A stretch of 63,916 nucleotides of DNA, the filler included, from Octopus bimaculoides (Eukaryota): NCBI RefSeq assembly GCF_001194135.2. It is 4 parts of 4 records of this genome, joined end to end, with 100 filler letters (N's around TTAATTAATTAA, not from the genome) between each part and the next. Parts side by side here need not be neighbours in the genome. Positions count along the whole stretch, not along the records: positions 62,873 to 63,916 come from NW_026323937.1; 3 more parts are not named here. One strand, written 5' to 3'. The notes under the pieces were generated by a model that did no database searches, was not told the origin of the DNA, and saw only the letters and a program-made list of their open reading frames with translations. Below are positions 62,773 to 63,916 of this stretch, one piece after another; position 1 is the first letter of the stretch, and every line of letters starts with the position of its first letter. Both the position numbers and the translations under genes were made by a program.

Positions 62773-62872
62773 NNNNNNNNNNNNNNNNNNNNNNNNNNNN
62801 NNNNNNNNNNNNNNNNTTAATTAATTAANNNNNNNNNNNNNNNNNNNNNNNNNNNNNNNNNNNNNNNNNNNN
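62773..62872. other. Artificial scaffold linker
   Basis: 44 N + TTAATTAATTAA + 44 N. Confidence 0.95.
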
Positions 62873-63106
62873 TTTGTTGCTTCGTGAACAGCGAGGAATG
62901 CAAAGACCCATGTGAGTCCAAGTAAAAGCAACAAACCAACCAGGCCCAGAACACGTACTTTACTTCTTTTGTGCTCGGATCTCTTGTTTCTTTGCAGTGA
63001 TACGAGACGCCATATCACGAGAGAAAGCATGATAAAGTTGAAGATGAGAATCATCACCACGGGAGTCAGGATGGCAGCATAGAAAGATGGTCCGGATAAC
63101 CAACAG
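62873..63106 (-). CDS. Exon of an adhesion / secretin-family (class B2) GPCR, ECL2-TM5-ICL3-TM6
   Basis: Acceptor TATTTTCTTTGTAG|C TGT TGG, then CWLSGPSFYAAILTPVVMILIFNFIMLSLVIWRLVSLQRNKRSEHKRSKVRVLGLVGLLLLLGLTWVFAFLAVHEAT. The CW..P..IL..N and LLGLTW.F motifs are typical of family-2 7TM. The 3' end is cut by the linker. Confidence 0.88.
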
Positions 63107-63338
63107 CTACAAAGAAAATAGAAAGGCAATGAAGAAAAGTAATTTGTTGAATGTTCAGTCAATAAAATGAAGCATCACAGAAGCATTAAGGGGAGTGGGA
63201 TTTCGATCCAACACAAAACGAAAAAAATTCTCATGCTCGCAACAAATTATGTACGTTAGTAAGTAAAATATATTTATTGTATGTTTCGATATCCAGACAC
63301 GTAGAAACACACACATACATTTATATATGCATTTACAC

Positions 63339-63398
<60 letters not shown>

Positions 63399-63916
63399 NN
63401 NNNNNNNNNNNNNNNNNNNNNNNNNNNNNNNTATATATATATATATATCAGCTGAACGGATGCGCACAGAAAGGTAAATATATTTTTTAAACTAGTTTAA
63501 GTAGTAAGCCTAGCTGATGAGCTTGAAGCGAAAGTGCATATTCTCAGAAAATATTCTGAATCTGCTTCACTTTCACTTCTCAGAATGCATGAGGGTTATT
63601 AAGACCACGCCCTGGAGGAATGAATAAAATAACAGCAGAATATCATCAAATTTATACAAAACTGTTTGATTAAATATTCTTCCTTTTCTCTTTTTTCTTT
63701 CCTCTTTTTTTTCTGTTTTCTTTTATGTCTTCTCTTTTCTATCTTTTTCTTTTCGCCTGTTATAAAATTGAAACTTAAAGACTGATGATATCATTCCATC
63801 AACGTGTGGACGCTGGTTGCTCTCGTTCATAATTTACATTTAAATCTCTATAATTTTGAATTTTTCTCACTTCTTATTTTGAACTTGACAAAGACAGACT
63901 TAATGTCGAAATATCG

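Noticed and set aside
63514-63533. Perfect CTGATGA-GCT-TGA-AGC-GAAA hammerhead core
   Set aside because: No consistent stem I, stem III or NUH cleavage triplet could be formed in any permutation.

Overview
Repeat-saturated, AT-rich animal genomic DNA from a gapped draft assembly (roughly 5.6 kb of N). The dominant SINE families, microsatellite load and TTAGGG repeats strongly suggest an octopus (cephalopod) genome; this is inferred from repeat content. Three artificial 100-bp linkers (44 N + TTAATTAATTAA + 44 N) at 29201, 59129 and 62773 split the window into four originally separate sequences. Nearly all ORFs in the supplied track are microsatellite or N-gap artefacts. Two host coding exons are well supported: a 417-nt phase-2/phase-2 Arg/Ser-rich exon at 54269-54685 (+), which is missing from the ORF track, and a TM5-TM6 exon of an adhesion/secretin-family GPCR at 62873-63106 (-). 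Weaker candidates are a minus-strand micro-exon cluster near 11.8-12.1 kb and a terminal exon at 27281-27485. The rest is mobile DNA: tRNA-derived SINEs, mariner/Tc1 remnants, several MITEs, RTE LINE fragments, an R4/Dong-like element next to an (AAT)n tract, and Penelope-like remnants with minimal hammerhead motifs. The most unusual elements are a 296-bp foldback element whose inverted arms carry telomeric (CCCTAA)n/(TTAGGG)n arrays and which has an 8-9 bp target duplication (59350-59645), and a second (CCCTAA)n-(TTAGGG)n hairpin at 18338-18431. No CRISPR arrays, rRNA or genuine tRNA genes were recognised.
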